Shown here: one piece after another, positions 25,901 through 39,150 of the stretch
Position numbering within the stretch: the first letter of the stretch is position 1
How the letters are laid out: each line of letters begins with the position of its first letter
From: Syncephalis fuscata S228
Lineage: Eukaryota > Fungi > Zoopagomycota
DNA: 64,000 bases
Assembly (NCBI GenBank): GCA_025786725.1
Contig: JAHLTZ010000009.1
Location: forward strand, 496,001-560,000
Reading direction: 5' to 3'
Translations under genes and position numbers: made by a program
Notes under the pieces: model-generated
Seen by the model: the letters and a program-made list of their open reading frames with translations, nothing else
Databases searched by the model: none
What the model was told of the DNA's origin: nothing

Positions 25901-26889
25901 ATGTCTACTATTGATTATAACAGCCCGAAATATGCTGAATGGATTAACAGTGATATAAAACAATGGGGAGTTCGCCTTCATCCACTTGGTGAAATGCGTA
26001 TATATGATTTTTTTATGGAAGCTTCTGGTGACATTGATAAACAGCGCCTTCGACTACTTAGTGTACAAGTTCAAATTGCAATGTTTGTTATAACGTCTTT
26101 TATATTTGCATGCAATCTTGTTATTGCCAGCAAAATGGTCATATCACGACCTCATAACATGATATCCTGGTGCTGTTTTGTTCCTGCTGTTTTGAATATT
26201 ACAGCTTGTTTGATGAGTATATTTATATTATTGAATTTCTTTGGTAATTGCCGAATTATGATATGGATTTTCTTATTTAGTGTGTCATTTACAATGATTG
26301 GCAACAGCTTAATATTACTTCAAAAAGCCTATCTGGTGCTTTTTCGACAAAAATGGATACTTTATATCAGTACTCCCTTTATAATGGCACAGCTCTTCTT
26401 TGCCCCCATTATAATTTGTTATAGTTTTTTTACTTTAGAAGAAAAAGTTGGTTGTATGGATTACTACCCTCGGAACTTTCTTTGGTATTGGTTTTTGATT
26501 GATGTGCCAATCAATATACTATTCTCATCTATCTTTTGCCATGTTGCTTTAAAACAGTATCGTTTATTTGGATCAGAGGCATGGAAGAATTTGGCACGCG
26601 ATGGAATACAAACAATGACTTTGGCTACATCATGCAATATTATTTGCTCTATTCTCATCATCACGCCTTTGGTTGAAATCAACAGCGACTCATTTTTTAC
26701 CGTAGATTGGTAAGTAGTGTCAAATAAACAATTGTATAAAACTAACATTTACTTAGGCTGATTGTGACAACAATACTGGTCAATCATTGCCAAAATATGG
26801 GCAAAAACACTAGGCATGCACACCGTCCAAAAACCGATCATATTCTTGATTTATCTCAAGTTGCTACTGCAAAATCTATAAATCATTGA
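25901..26889 (+). CDS. Orphan 7-TM family subtype A, copy A3 (intact)
   Basis: 270-aa exon 1, intron 26710-26756, exon 2 ends SQVATAKSINH-TGA. Confidence 0.85.
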
Positions 26890-27220
26890 CACATAGACAT
26901 ATTATCATTCGTATTCTAAGTAAACTCTTAAATTAGCAACTTGATTATATATAAAATCTTTATAAATAGAATAAACTAGTTTTTAATATGTTGTAATAAT
27001 TTGTATCGAGTCGGTATTCAATGTCGTGCGTTATTTATCACAAGGACAGGTATAATTGTATATTTATCTAATATTAATTAGTGGCATCTCATTAAATACG
27101 TTTTGTATATAAACAGTTGTATATTTTATTAAAGATTTAAATTACTTTAATATTATGTTGCCTATTATACGGTCTATTCTATAATATGCTAAGAATGTGG
27201 TGTATCAACGTATCAGCTTA

Positions 27221-28197
27221 TTATTTTGCAGTGGCAATTTGCGACAAGTGAAGTATATGGTAAGTTTTAGGACGATAGGCAGAATGATTTTCATTGCCCA
27301 TATTTTGACAGTGTCTAATCAATATGGTTGCAACAATCATCCTATAAATATATTAGATATATACATACAATCAATTACTAATGCTTACCAATCAGAGGCA
27401 AAAAGTACATCACGATTAGCATCGTCGAAACGACTAACTATAGCTATGCAGCAAACAAGATTTGTTAATAACGCTAGACATATTGCCTGTATTCCATCTT
27501 GTGCTAGTTCCTTCCATGCATCAGATCCAAATAGATGATATTGCTTTAAAGCAATACTGCAGAATATGATTGAAAAAAACACGTTGATTGGTGTATTCAC
27601 TCCAATCCAGTACCAAAGTAGAATGGGTGGATAGTAAACATCACAACCGAGTTTAGCTTCTAAAGTAAAAAAGCAATAATATATAACGATAAAACCATAA
27701 CCTATTTGTGGTAATATAAGAAGAATGCCAACATAAGTAATCCACTTTTTTTGATAAAGAACCAAGTGGACTTTCAAAAGAAGAATTAAGCTATTGAAAA
27801 TCATTCCTAACGAAATAAAATTTCCGGCCGACCATAATAACATTCTACAATTAAGGCCATAGCCTATCAACATGAGTATCTGCATTATATTACATATAGT
27901 ACCAACAGCAGCGAGTATTAAACAGCACCACGAAAACTTGCTATGTGGTCGCGATATGGTCATTTTGGTAGTTATAACAATATTGTGTGCAAAAATGCAA
28001 AGCATTAAAACAGAAAATACAATTTGAATTTGTATGCCTGATAAGCGAAGACGCTGTTCGTCGATATGACCTGAAGCTTCCACCAAAAAATCAGGCACGC
28101 TTATTTCACCAAGTGGATTGAGCGGAATACCCCATTGTTTTTTAGCATTATGTCTCCATTCAGTTTGTGTTGGATCGGTATAATTAATAAACGGCAT
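27221..28197 (-). CDS. Orphan 7-TM family subtype B, copy B3 (the only intact B)
   Basis: ATG 28197 by homology with other B copies. Intron 27388-27342; stop 27221-27223. Confidence 0.85.
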
Positions 28198-29517
28198 TTG
28201 CGGGTTTGTAAATAATATGGTAATGGTGTATAAATGGCTAGGTAATAGAGATATTGTCGCATAAATCTGAATACTTCGCAATGATATATTTAAACAAAGG
28301 CCATTACCAGTTTTGCTCCTCATGCATGATAAATGATGCAGTACACATATGTTCAGTCAAATATATGCACGGCAACAGCTGCTGCATTGTACATCATTTA
28401 AAACTGATAGCAATTACAAGCTGAATAAGAATAGTATTTACAGTTTGTTAAACTTGAAATAATATTGTATTATATCGACTGTAAAGAATTAATCGCGATA
28501 AGTGATAAATTATTAAATTATAAAAAAATTTATTCAATAGCAACGCAGTGGCAGCATGTCTGCTCAACTCATGCAGTCTGGGCCGTTTTATGCAATATTC
28601 CGTTTTAGTCACTGAATGTCAATAATTGGAACAGCTCGCCTGAGTTCTTGGGTACCGATAGGTGATTTCTATGCTTAAACATACACATATGTCTAGCAAG
28701 GATGTGGCTAGAAAAGCTTCGGAAAAATCACGTACCATTACTGAAGCACGTTTACATCATTAAAATTACCTAAGCTAATTCAAATGAATACTATTGTAAA
28801 CAAGTACTATACTATTGTGCGTATTCTAATTTCTATTCTACAGTATTAATATAAAGCAAAAATAAAGCTTAATGCCTGCTATGCTAAAGACGTTGTCTAT
28901 TGACTAGAATGTGTGCTAATTGTGACTATTTCTCAACAGCATCAGTTACTCAATACGATTGTCATAATTGATATGCTTTGTCTAGCCTTTCATACTAGTC
29001 ACACTGGCTTTTTATCTTAAAAACTGGCCATTCACTTTAGTGGAACTGACCTTTTTTGTGGTATTTATAGCCATCCGATAACCAACATCCATATAGCACA
29101 GAATGACTAATTAACTGCGTAGTTATATTATGATTTAATCAAAAACTAATGGTTTTACATGGTCAGTTTTAGTAGCCACAAATGCCATTGCAACTTAGTA
29201 TAATTCAGCGATCCGTTGAGGCCTTTGCTTTTAGTGGTGCGCAGCTGGCTATTCTTCTGTCATGTGGCTCGTGAACGGATATTATATACATACAGCTATT
29301 CACTTCAGTATTATCATGGCATAGGCGACAATTTCAAGATGCATAACAGGTTTATGTCAATAGATAATTGGTCCGTTCATATTATAGCCAACACTTGATG
29401 GCTACAAGGCGTACTTCCTAGTTGTATCCACACTTTTTTAATTACTCAGCCAAAGTTTTTATTAACACACACTAACACATTTATTATTGTATATTGTATT
29501 ATTGCTATATATATATA

Positions 29518-30494
29518 ATGCCAGTCATTAATTATAACAGCCCGAAATATACTGAATGGATTAACAGCGACATAAAACAATGGGGAATCCGCCTTCATCC
29601 ACTTGGTGAAATGCGTATATATGATTTTTTTATGGAAGCTTCTGGCGATATTGATAAACAGCGCCTTCGACTGTTTGGCATACAAACTCAAATTGCAATG
29701 TTTGTCATAGCGTTTTTTATATTTGGACGCAATCTTGTTATTGCTAGAAAAATGGTTAGATCACGATCTCGTAACATGATATCCTGGTGCTGTTTTGTTC
29801 CTTCTATTTGGGGCATTATAGCTAGTCTAATAATTATACTTATATTATTGAATTTCCTTGGTAATTGTCGAATTAGTACATGGATTTTTTTATTCAGTAT
29901 ATCATTTACAATAGCTAGCAACAGTTTGATACTGCTTCAAAAGACCTATCTGGTGCTTTGTCGACAAAAATGGATACTTTATATCAGCATTCCATTTATA
30001 ATGGCACAGCTCGCTTTTGCCCCCATTATAGTATATCTTAGTTTTGTTACTTTAGAAGAGAAAGTTGGTTGTGCAAATCACTATCCTCAATTTATTTTAT
30101 GGTATTGGTTTTTAATCAATGTACCAATCAATATATTATTTTCGTCTATTTTTTGCTACGTTTCTCTAAAGCAGTATCGCTTATTTGGATCGGATGCATG
30201 GAAGAAATTGGCACGCGATGGAATACAAGCAATGGCTTTGGCCACGTTATGCAACACTCTCTGTTCAATTTTCCCTATCATGCCTATAAGCAAAGCCTAT
30301 TCTGACAACTTCTTCATCATAGACTGGTAAGTAATAGCAAATGGTAGCGTATATAAAACTAATATGCACACAGGATGGTTGTTACAACAATATTAATTCA
30401 TCATTGCAAAAATGTAGGCAAAAATACAGACTTTTCATACCGTCCAAAAACCAATCATATCCTTAATTTAACTCAAATTGCTACTGCAAAATAA
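29518..30494 (+). CDS. Orphan 7-TM family subtype A, copy A4 (intact)
   Basis: ATG 29518, intron 30327-30373, stop 30492-30494. Confidence 0.85.
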
Positions 30495-31999
30495 TTTGTT
30501 AATAAATATGTGTGTTAACATTTGTGTTATAATTAAATCTTTAAATTATCAATTTAACAGCATATAACGTATGTATGTTATCTGATATTATTAATTTATT
30601 TTATAAACAATTTATTAGCTCATTTAATGTAATTTGATATTAAATAACTACATTTAGTGTTATTCATACATTCGAACTAAATATTCGCTTTACTGAATGT
30701 GGAACTGAGTGATGAAAATATGATTGATTCAATCATTAATTTATAGATTCATTATCTTGTATGCATATATTCTCTATTCATTTATATCATTTTCATCGTA
30801 TACCCATACTATTATATACTATTTTATAGTTGGAAAACTAGTAGTTGTGCACATACAATAGTAGCAACATTAGCAGATTACAATGTTGTAGTGCACTAAA
30901 AAAGTTTCCAGCAACTATACTAGCAGTACTTTTAAGATTACTATTGCTATGTATACAGCAGCTATGCGCAATAATTGTAATGGTTACATGCTATCAGAGT
31001 TACCGTATGCTTTAGTTTGTTATAAATTGCCACTACATATCGTATTAGCACCAACTTGTATAGTCTCAACAGTAGCAAATCGCACCACTTCGTTAATATC
31101 ATAAAATTGTTGCCAAATAGCCTGCAGTGACACTTTATAGTAAAAAAGTATGCAACAAAATTTTTGCATAGCATAAAACAAAACCAGAAATGCACTTGTT
31201 GTGTTAATAAAGGTGTCAAAAGCAATGATTAAAGTGCTAAAAGTGGTTTGCAAAAAAAAAGTCAGATTACAAAAGACCAATGCAAAAGAGTAATGTAAAG
31301 AGTGTTTGTATTTAAATAGTAGTCAGTCAACTACTAACACTATCTAAATAGTATATATGGAGTGTACAAGTATATGCAATGGATATATGCTATCAAGTGT
31401 AAAGAAAGAGAATGGAAATGTGATGACGTAGATTGTGAGATGTGAGCCTGTCAGTCAATATTTATAAACAGATGAGCTTAATTCATTAATAAATGGAGTG
31501 TAAATAATAAAAGTTGATCTACCTAACATGTCGGTACATCATGAAATGAATTATTTATAAATAGCAAGTTTAATAAAAAATTAAGTAAACTATAACAAAC
31601 GAATCATTTTACGCGCAGAAATAAGTCGTTATCATAAAAATGTTTATTAGTAAACTAATAACTACTACAACGTATATATACTATTAACAGTTATAAGCAT
31701 ACTGATCTTCAAAACATAGCTATATGTAACACATTCGTGTAGCTAAATCGTCTTACTTTCACAGCGCAAATACGCTATCCATATTCTTATTGCCGCCTAT
31801 ATGGAAAAATTGTTGTTTCATCAGCCTTGTTCCGAATTAGGCGGATAATTCTTTGCTTTTCCGTCATTTTCTCTTTCAATCAGCCTTAACCGCAACTCAG
31901 CTGCATATCCACAAAAGGTGGCGCCATTTTGTGTTGGCTACACAATACCTCTGACGTGTCCATCGCTCCACTATTATTAGTTCTTTTATAAAAGGCATT

Positions 32000-34368
32000 A
32001 TGTGGACGAATACGCTAGTCATACGTCATTTTAGTCTGCCACGTCGTCTAGCCACTGTTTACTGTTCAACCGCACTTCGCCCAGCGTTATTAGTACGTTC
32101 CCGTCCAGTCACCACCACCACCACTACTGTTGCTGCCTATTTTTCCAGCCTTTCTGCACGCCCGTCCTTGATAACTGGCCACCGCTACCACAAGCGCCTA
32201 TTCAGTATGACCGCACAAGATATTTCCCCATCCGCCCCTTATTACGCCGACCGTGACGCACCAATATGCCCACTAGTCATTAAAGAATATTTTGACACGC
32301 TGACTGAACAAGAAAAGCGCTATGCCCATCATATCAGCCAAGCATCCTGGCTTGGTGGTCGTGTTATTCTTGAACAAACGACACCATATAGCAGCGATCT
32401 ATTTGATTTGATTCGCTTAATATTTGCCAACTCGAAAGATGCAGCCCATGAACTTACTGATCTTTCTGATCTACGCAGCCGTGCTGGTGTCGATGAGGAT
32501 GCGTTCAAATCTGTTCAAGAATACTCCGCACAATGCCTTGGTAACCTGGCCAACTTCAAGTCTTTCGGTGATGTTAAATTCGTGCCTCGTGTACCTGCTG
32601 AGACTTTTCGCAAAGTAGTTGCCGCCAGTGCACGTCATGAAGAAGCACTTCCACTATTTGACAAATTAAGCGACGAGATTTACGCTGTTAAGCCAGCTGC
32701 ACGTACATTGCTTGGCTATCCTGATGATGGCCATGTTACAAACTATTACTCAAAGAACATAACAAAAGATGACATTAAATTGGTTCAAAGCTTCTGCGAA
32801 TCACGCCACATGGATCCATTGAATACTCGGTAAGTGGAAATAATAGTGTAATTTGATAAACGAGTTATTAATAATTACTAATTCATATGCTATAGTTTAT
32901 TCAAACAAGACGATGGCACATTTACTCTTCGTATTGCGTCAGCAGAGCACGACCGAGAGCCAGAACGTCACACATTCCAAGACCGTACGATTTTACTTGT
33001 CAAAGGCGACTATCATCCTCAAATGGCTGCCATTGCTGCCGAACTTAAGCAAGCCATTCCGTATGCTGCCAATGACAATCAGCGTCGTATGTTAGAACAT
33101 TATGTTGCTCATTTCACCACAGGCTCTATTGATGAACATAAAGCATCTCAGCGCGAATGGATTCGTGATATTGGCCCGGTAGTCGAGTCGAATATTGGGT
33201 TTGTCGAATCATATCGCGATCCGGCTGGTGTTCGTGCTGAATTTGAAGGATTTGTAGCGGTAGTTAATAAGGAAATGACCAAAAAGTTTGAACATTTGGT
33301 CAATTCAGCACCTCAATTCATTCCAAAATTACCATGGGGACCAGATTTTGAAAAGGACCAATTCATAAACCAGACTTTACGTCGTTAGAAATTCTAACAT
33401 TTTCAACTGGTGGCGTGCCAGCGGGCATTAACATCCCTAATTATGACGATATTCGTCAAACATTCGGTTTTAAAAACGTTTCTTTGGGCAATGTTTTAAA
33501 CGCCAAGGCACCAAAAGAGAAAACACCATTCTTATCGGAGCAAGACCGTGAAATGATGGAACGTTTGCGTGGTCCTTCATTCGAAGTGCAGGTCGGCATT
33601 CACGAGTTGCTGGGACATGGTAGTGGAAAGTTGCTTCAGGAAGATAAAGATGGCCAGACTAATTTCCCGCGCAATAATCCACCTATTAACCCCCTCACTG
33701 GCAAGCCAGTTGAACATTGGTATGGCCCAGGAGAAACGTGGGGATCGCGCTTTAAAGCAATTGCTGCTTCGTATGAAGAGTGTCGCGCTGAAGCAGTGGC
33801 CATTTACCTATCCACCTATCCTGATATGTTGGCTATCTTTGGCCATACTGACAGCACACCCGAGGCAGGCCTAGCTGAAGATGTACTTTACATTGGCTGG
33901 CTGCAAATGTGCCGCGCTGGCTTGATTGGTCTTGAATTCTACGATCCAGAGGCCAAGAAATGGGGTCAAGCACATATGCAAGCACGCTATGCTATTCTGC
34001 GTGTTTTACTGAACGCCGGTCAAGGCTTGGTCACTGTTACGCCGGTGGGTGATGATGATCTAATTGTATCACTAGATCGTAGCAAAATCCGTTCCGTGGG
34101 TGTACCGGCCATTGGTCACTTTTTAACACAACTCCAAGTCTACAAGGCTACTGGTGACGCGGCCGGCGGACAAGCACTTTATGATGACGTGACGAGTGTG
34201 CCTGAATCATGGCTACCTTATCGTAAAATCGTGTTGTCAAAAAAGCAGCCACGTAAGCTATTGTTACAAGCCAATACGTTCCTCGATAGCCAAGGCAAAG
34301 TAATTCTTGAAGAATATCCCGCTGATCTTTCTGGATTTATTCAGTCTTACTTGAAGCGTAATATTTAA
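32000..34368 (+). CDS. DPP3: Dipeptidyl peptidase III (peptidase M49) with N-terminal presequence
   Basis: HELLGH and EECRAE zinc motifs, NFKSFGD, GFVESYRDP, PAGINIPNYDDIRQ. Intron 32830-32895. Apparent 1-nt deletion near 33367 (expected KPDFTSL). Confidence 0.93.
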
Positions 34369-34564
34369 CAAAGTTGTGGATTAACAACTATAATAAAATA
34401 ACATGATATTATTACATGTTTATACACAATGCTACTTTAACTTGCCATATAAATATACATTAAAAGTGAGCATGTTTTATTTATAAAAGATTTACACGTA
34501 GTTATTCCAACTAATTTAAAATTTAATTGTAACACAAATAATAATACGCATATTTTTCAATGCT

Positions 34565-35540
34565 CTGTATATTTGCAATAACTATTTCAGATATATTAAG
34601 AATGTGATCGGTTTTTGGATGGTGCGTAGAGCCAATATTTTTGCTCATATTTTAACAATGACGGATTAATATTGTTGTAATAACTATCCTGTGTGTATGT
34701 CAGTTTCATATAATCAGCCATTTACTACTACTTACCAATCCACGATGAAAAAATGGTCAGAATAGGCTTTGCCTATAGATGTGATTATGAAAGTAGAACA
34801 AATGGCACCACATAACGTGGACAAAGTTATTGTTTGTATCCCATCTAATGCCAATCTTTTCCATGCTTTCGATTCGAATAAACAATAATGCTTTATAGCA
34901 ACGTAGCAAAATATAGATGGGAATAGTATATTGATTGGTACATCAATCAAAAACCAATACCAAAGAAAGTTTCGAGGGTAGTAATCCATACAACCAACTT
35001 TTTCTTCTAAAGTAAAAAAACTATAACAAATTATAATGGGGGCAAAGGCGAGCTGTGCCATTATAAGGGAATACTGATATAAAGTATCCATTTTTGTCGA
35101 CAAAGCACCAGATAGGTCTTTTGAAGCAGTATTAAACTGTTGCCAATCATTGTAAATGACATACTGAATAGGATAATCCATATCATAATTCAACAATTAA
35201 TTGGTAAATTTATGAACATGGACAAAACTATTAAGCAAGTCATAATGTTTAAAACTGAAGGAATAAAACAGCACCACGAGATATGTTACGAGGCTGTAAT
35301 ACAACCATTTTACTGGCAATAACGAGTTACAACCAAATATATAAAGCATTACAACAAACAGAAAATTTGAATTTGTACTCCATACAACTGAAGGCGTTGC
35401 TCGTCAATGTCACCCGATGCCTCCATAAAAAAATTAAATGTGGGCACTTCGCCAAGTGGATGTAGACGAGCTCCCAATCGTTCTATGTGACTATTGATCC
35501 ATTCAGCGTATCGCTGACTATTGTAATCAATAGTTGGCAT
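34565..35540 (-). pseudogene. Chimeric 7-TM pseudogene C1 (C-type 5' end, A-type body)
   Basis: 5' end matches the 58172 gene. TGA at 35190-35192 replaces the Arg of the NCR motif; TAA at 34652-34654 lies in exon 2; several frameshifts. Confidence 0.85.
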
Positions 35541-36730
35541 TATAAATAATCAATATAAGTATCAATAATACAGTATAAAATAATAAATGTGGTGGAGAAT
35601 TAAATAAAAACGCCGGTTGAACAATTGAAAAGTATATGCAAACCAGGCTCAACCCACGACCATCAAGTTTCTGCCACAATATGAATGGACCAATTGTTTA
35701 CTGTAATAGCCATGTTGTGCTCCTGAACTTGCTGCATACGGAATGATAATACGGAAGTGGATAGCTGTATGTATATGATGCCGCCCCAAGTCATATTGCA
35801 TTAAAACTGCCTGTAATGCATGAGTAGAAACAAAGGCCTTGTCGAATGTTAAATTTTGAATACGTTACGGCAAGATTACCGGATAATAAGCACGCCAGCA
35901 ATGTAAAGCCGTTAGTATTAATTAAACTGGATATGAATACAGCTATACATTCAATGATGGCTGCGATCCATGTAATTATTGGCAGTAGGATAATTATTCA
36001 GCAGTAATCTGCCATTTATCAAATCCATATCTGATTTTGAGCAGCGTGCTATGCCAGTACCATCCATGCATACCTTAATAATATATAACCGTATTACTCG
36101 AGCCACTATGGTAACGGAATTTAATTCTACATCTACAGTTGCCTACTAATACCTATTGATTGATTACAAAAGGCATATTAAAATCGACATTGCCTTTGGA
36201 AATGGCTATGCGATCAAGGCTAACAATATCGCGTACATTGCTAAGCGTGTTGTATTTTGTCGCCTATCAGCTACTATCATAGACTCAACGTATGAGTTAA
36301 TGATTTGCAATAGCGTTAAAATATACAAATAAATTAAATTTGTATTACCATACTCGATACAATGATTGTCTAATCGAACAGCATTTAGATTTGATTAAGC
36401 AATTTGACATTGTTACTTATAAATTTAGTAGTTTTGTATTTTCAAACATACAATTGCCATAATAATAGCCAATCTATTTAGCTTAATATTGTATAATCAA
36501 CATATTTAGTCATTATTCTATTTGACTAATATTGAGTCTAATAGTAACTGTCTGTGCTACTCATTTTTATACACAAGGCAACAAACAATGATAAAGCCAA
36601 TTGAATTTCGACGTAAAGACAACCAATCATTAGTTTCTTTTTAATAATGCAACGGATATAACTCTTTTGCGCTCATCCTGGTTAACTCCAGTAAGTATAT
36701 TCGAATTGTTTTTTATTTAGCTATTTGTAA
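35270..36730 (-). repeat. ~1.45-kb inverted segmental duplication of ~56980-58450
   Basis: Near-perfect reverse complement, e.g. actcttttgcgctcatcctggttaactccagtaag (36661) versus cttactggagttaaccaggatgagcgcaaaagagt (57014). Confidence 0.9.
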
Positions 36731-37941
36731 TGCATTTGCGTCAAATTTATATATTTTAGCACTAATAGTTTTTATCCATGCATAATAACTTTTGTGCGTG
36801 CTTAGTGCATTTAAATAATTAAATGCCCATATTAGCTGTTGCGTCATGCATTATCTAAAGCTAATAGCAATCATCATTTAAATAAAATAACATTGATAGG
36901 TCATTAAACTTGAAAATAATAATGCACTACATTAACATTACACTATTAATGCTAATTAATGGCATATGAAAAAACTCAATAAATACTTGCAAGTTTTTGT
37001 ATTTAACAATGGCACAACGCTGATATGTCCGACCAGATCATACAACTCGAACCTTATACATTATTTCAGTTCAGGCATTTTGGATGTTAGCAACTGAAAT
37101 AGCCTGTATAAATTATGGTCAATGGTAGAATATTTCTATATTTAAACGCTTACGTGCGCTTAGTATCAATATTAATAGAAAGACTATAAATTGAGTCAAT
37201 AAATACTATTGTAAACAAGTACTATACTATTGTGCATGTTCTAATTTCTATTCTACAGTATTAATATAAAGCAAAAATAAAGCTCAATGCCTGCTATGCT
37301 AAAGACGTTGTCTATTGACTAGAATGTGTGCTAATTGTGACTATTTCGCAACAGCATCAGTTACTCAATACGATTGTCATAATTGATATGCTTTGTCTAG
37401 CCTTTCATACTAGTCACACTGGCTTTTTATCTTAAAAACTGGCCATTCACTTTAGTGGAACTGACCTTTTTTGTGGTATTTATAGCCATCCGATAACCAA
37501 CATCCATATAGCACAGAATGACTAATTAACTGCGTAGCTATATTATGATTTAATCAAAAACTAATGGTTTTACATGGTCAGTTTTAGTAGCCACAAATGC
37601 CATTGCAACTTAGTATAATTCAGCGATCCGTTGAGGCCTTTGCTTTTAGTGGTGCGCAGCTGGCTATTCTTCTGTCATGTGGCTCGTGAACAGGTTTCAT
37701 ATACATACAGCTATTCACTTCAGTATTATCATGGCATAGGCGACAATTTCAAGATGCATAACAGGTTTATGCCAATAGATAATTGAATTGTCCATATTAT
37801 AGCCAACACTTGATGACCACAAGGCGTGCTTCTTAGCTGTATCCACACTTTTTTAATTACTCAGCCAAAGTTTTTATTAACACACACTAGCACATTCATT
37901 ACTGTATATTGTATTATTAATATCTATAATATTCATACATA

Positions 37942-38929
37942 ATGCCGGCTATTGATTATAACAGCCATGAATATGCTGAATGGATTAACAGTGATATAAA
38001 ACAATGGGGAGTTCGCCTTCATCCACTTGGTGAAATGCGTATATATGATTTTTTTATGGAAGCTTCTGGCGATATTGATAAACAGCGCTTTCGATTATTT
38101 GGTATACAAACTCAAATTATAATGACTGTTATAGCATCTTTTATATTTGGACGCAATCTTGTTATTGCCAGCAAAATGGTCATATCACGACCTTATAGCA
38201 TAATATTCTGGTGCTGTTTTATTCCTTCTGTTTTGGGCATTATAAATAGTTTAATAGGTATATTTATGTTATTGAATTTCTTTGGTAATTGCCGAATTAT
38301 GGTATGGATTATTTTATTCAATATATCATTTACAATGATTAGCAACAGTTTAATATTGCTTCAAAAGGCCTATCTAGTGCTTTGTCGCCAAAGATGGATA
38401 CTTTATATCAGTACTCCCTTTATAATGGCACAGCTCTTCTTTGCCCCTATTATAATCTATTATAGTTTTAGTACTTTAGAAGAAAAAGTTGGTTGTATAG
38501 ATTACTACCCTCAGCCTATTCTTTGGTATTGGTTTCTAATTAATGTGCCAATCAATATACTATTCTCATATATTTTCTGCCACATTGCTTTAAAGCAGTA
38601 TCGCTTATTTGGATCGGATGCATGGAAGAAATTGGCACGCGATGGAATACAAGCAATGACATTGGCCACTTTATGCAATACCCTCTTTTCAATATTTTCT
38701 ATCATGCCTATAAGCAAAGCCTATTCTGACGACTTCTTCATCATAGCTTGGTGGGTAATGATAGGTAACTGTTTATATAAACTAACATAAAAATAGGGTG
38801 TTTGTTACAACAATATTAATTCATTATTGTCAAAATACAGGCAAAAGTGCTGATTCTGCACATCGTCCAAAAACCGATTATATGCTTCATTTATCTCAAA
38901 TTGCCACTGCAAAATCAATAGCCTGTTAA
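37942..38929 (+). CDS. Orphan 7-TM family subtype A, copy A5 (intact; weak GTGGGT donor)
   Basis: Intron 38751-38796, stop 38927-38929. Nearly identical to the 62024 copy. Confidence 0.82.
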
Positions 38930-39150
38930 TAAATATGCGTATTGGCATTCATGTTATGATTAAACTTTTAAATCAACAATTTAACTATATAAAACTTTTT
39001 ATAAATATGATAATTTGACATTAATTTGCTATAACGATATATGCTAAATAAAGGACGTTGTTATAAATCATTGCTTTTATTAATCAAATAGACACAACTT
39101 TTCTTCAAAATATTCTATTCCAATAAAAGTTGTTTCATTCACCAAGTTAT

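Noticed and set aside
33355-33420. Programmed ribosomal frameshift or pseudogenisation of DPP3
   Set aside because: One missing A in a short run restores KPDFTSL, and the same error type occurs in GET4 and VPS10.
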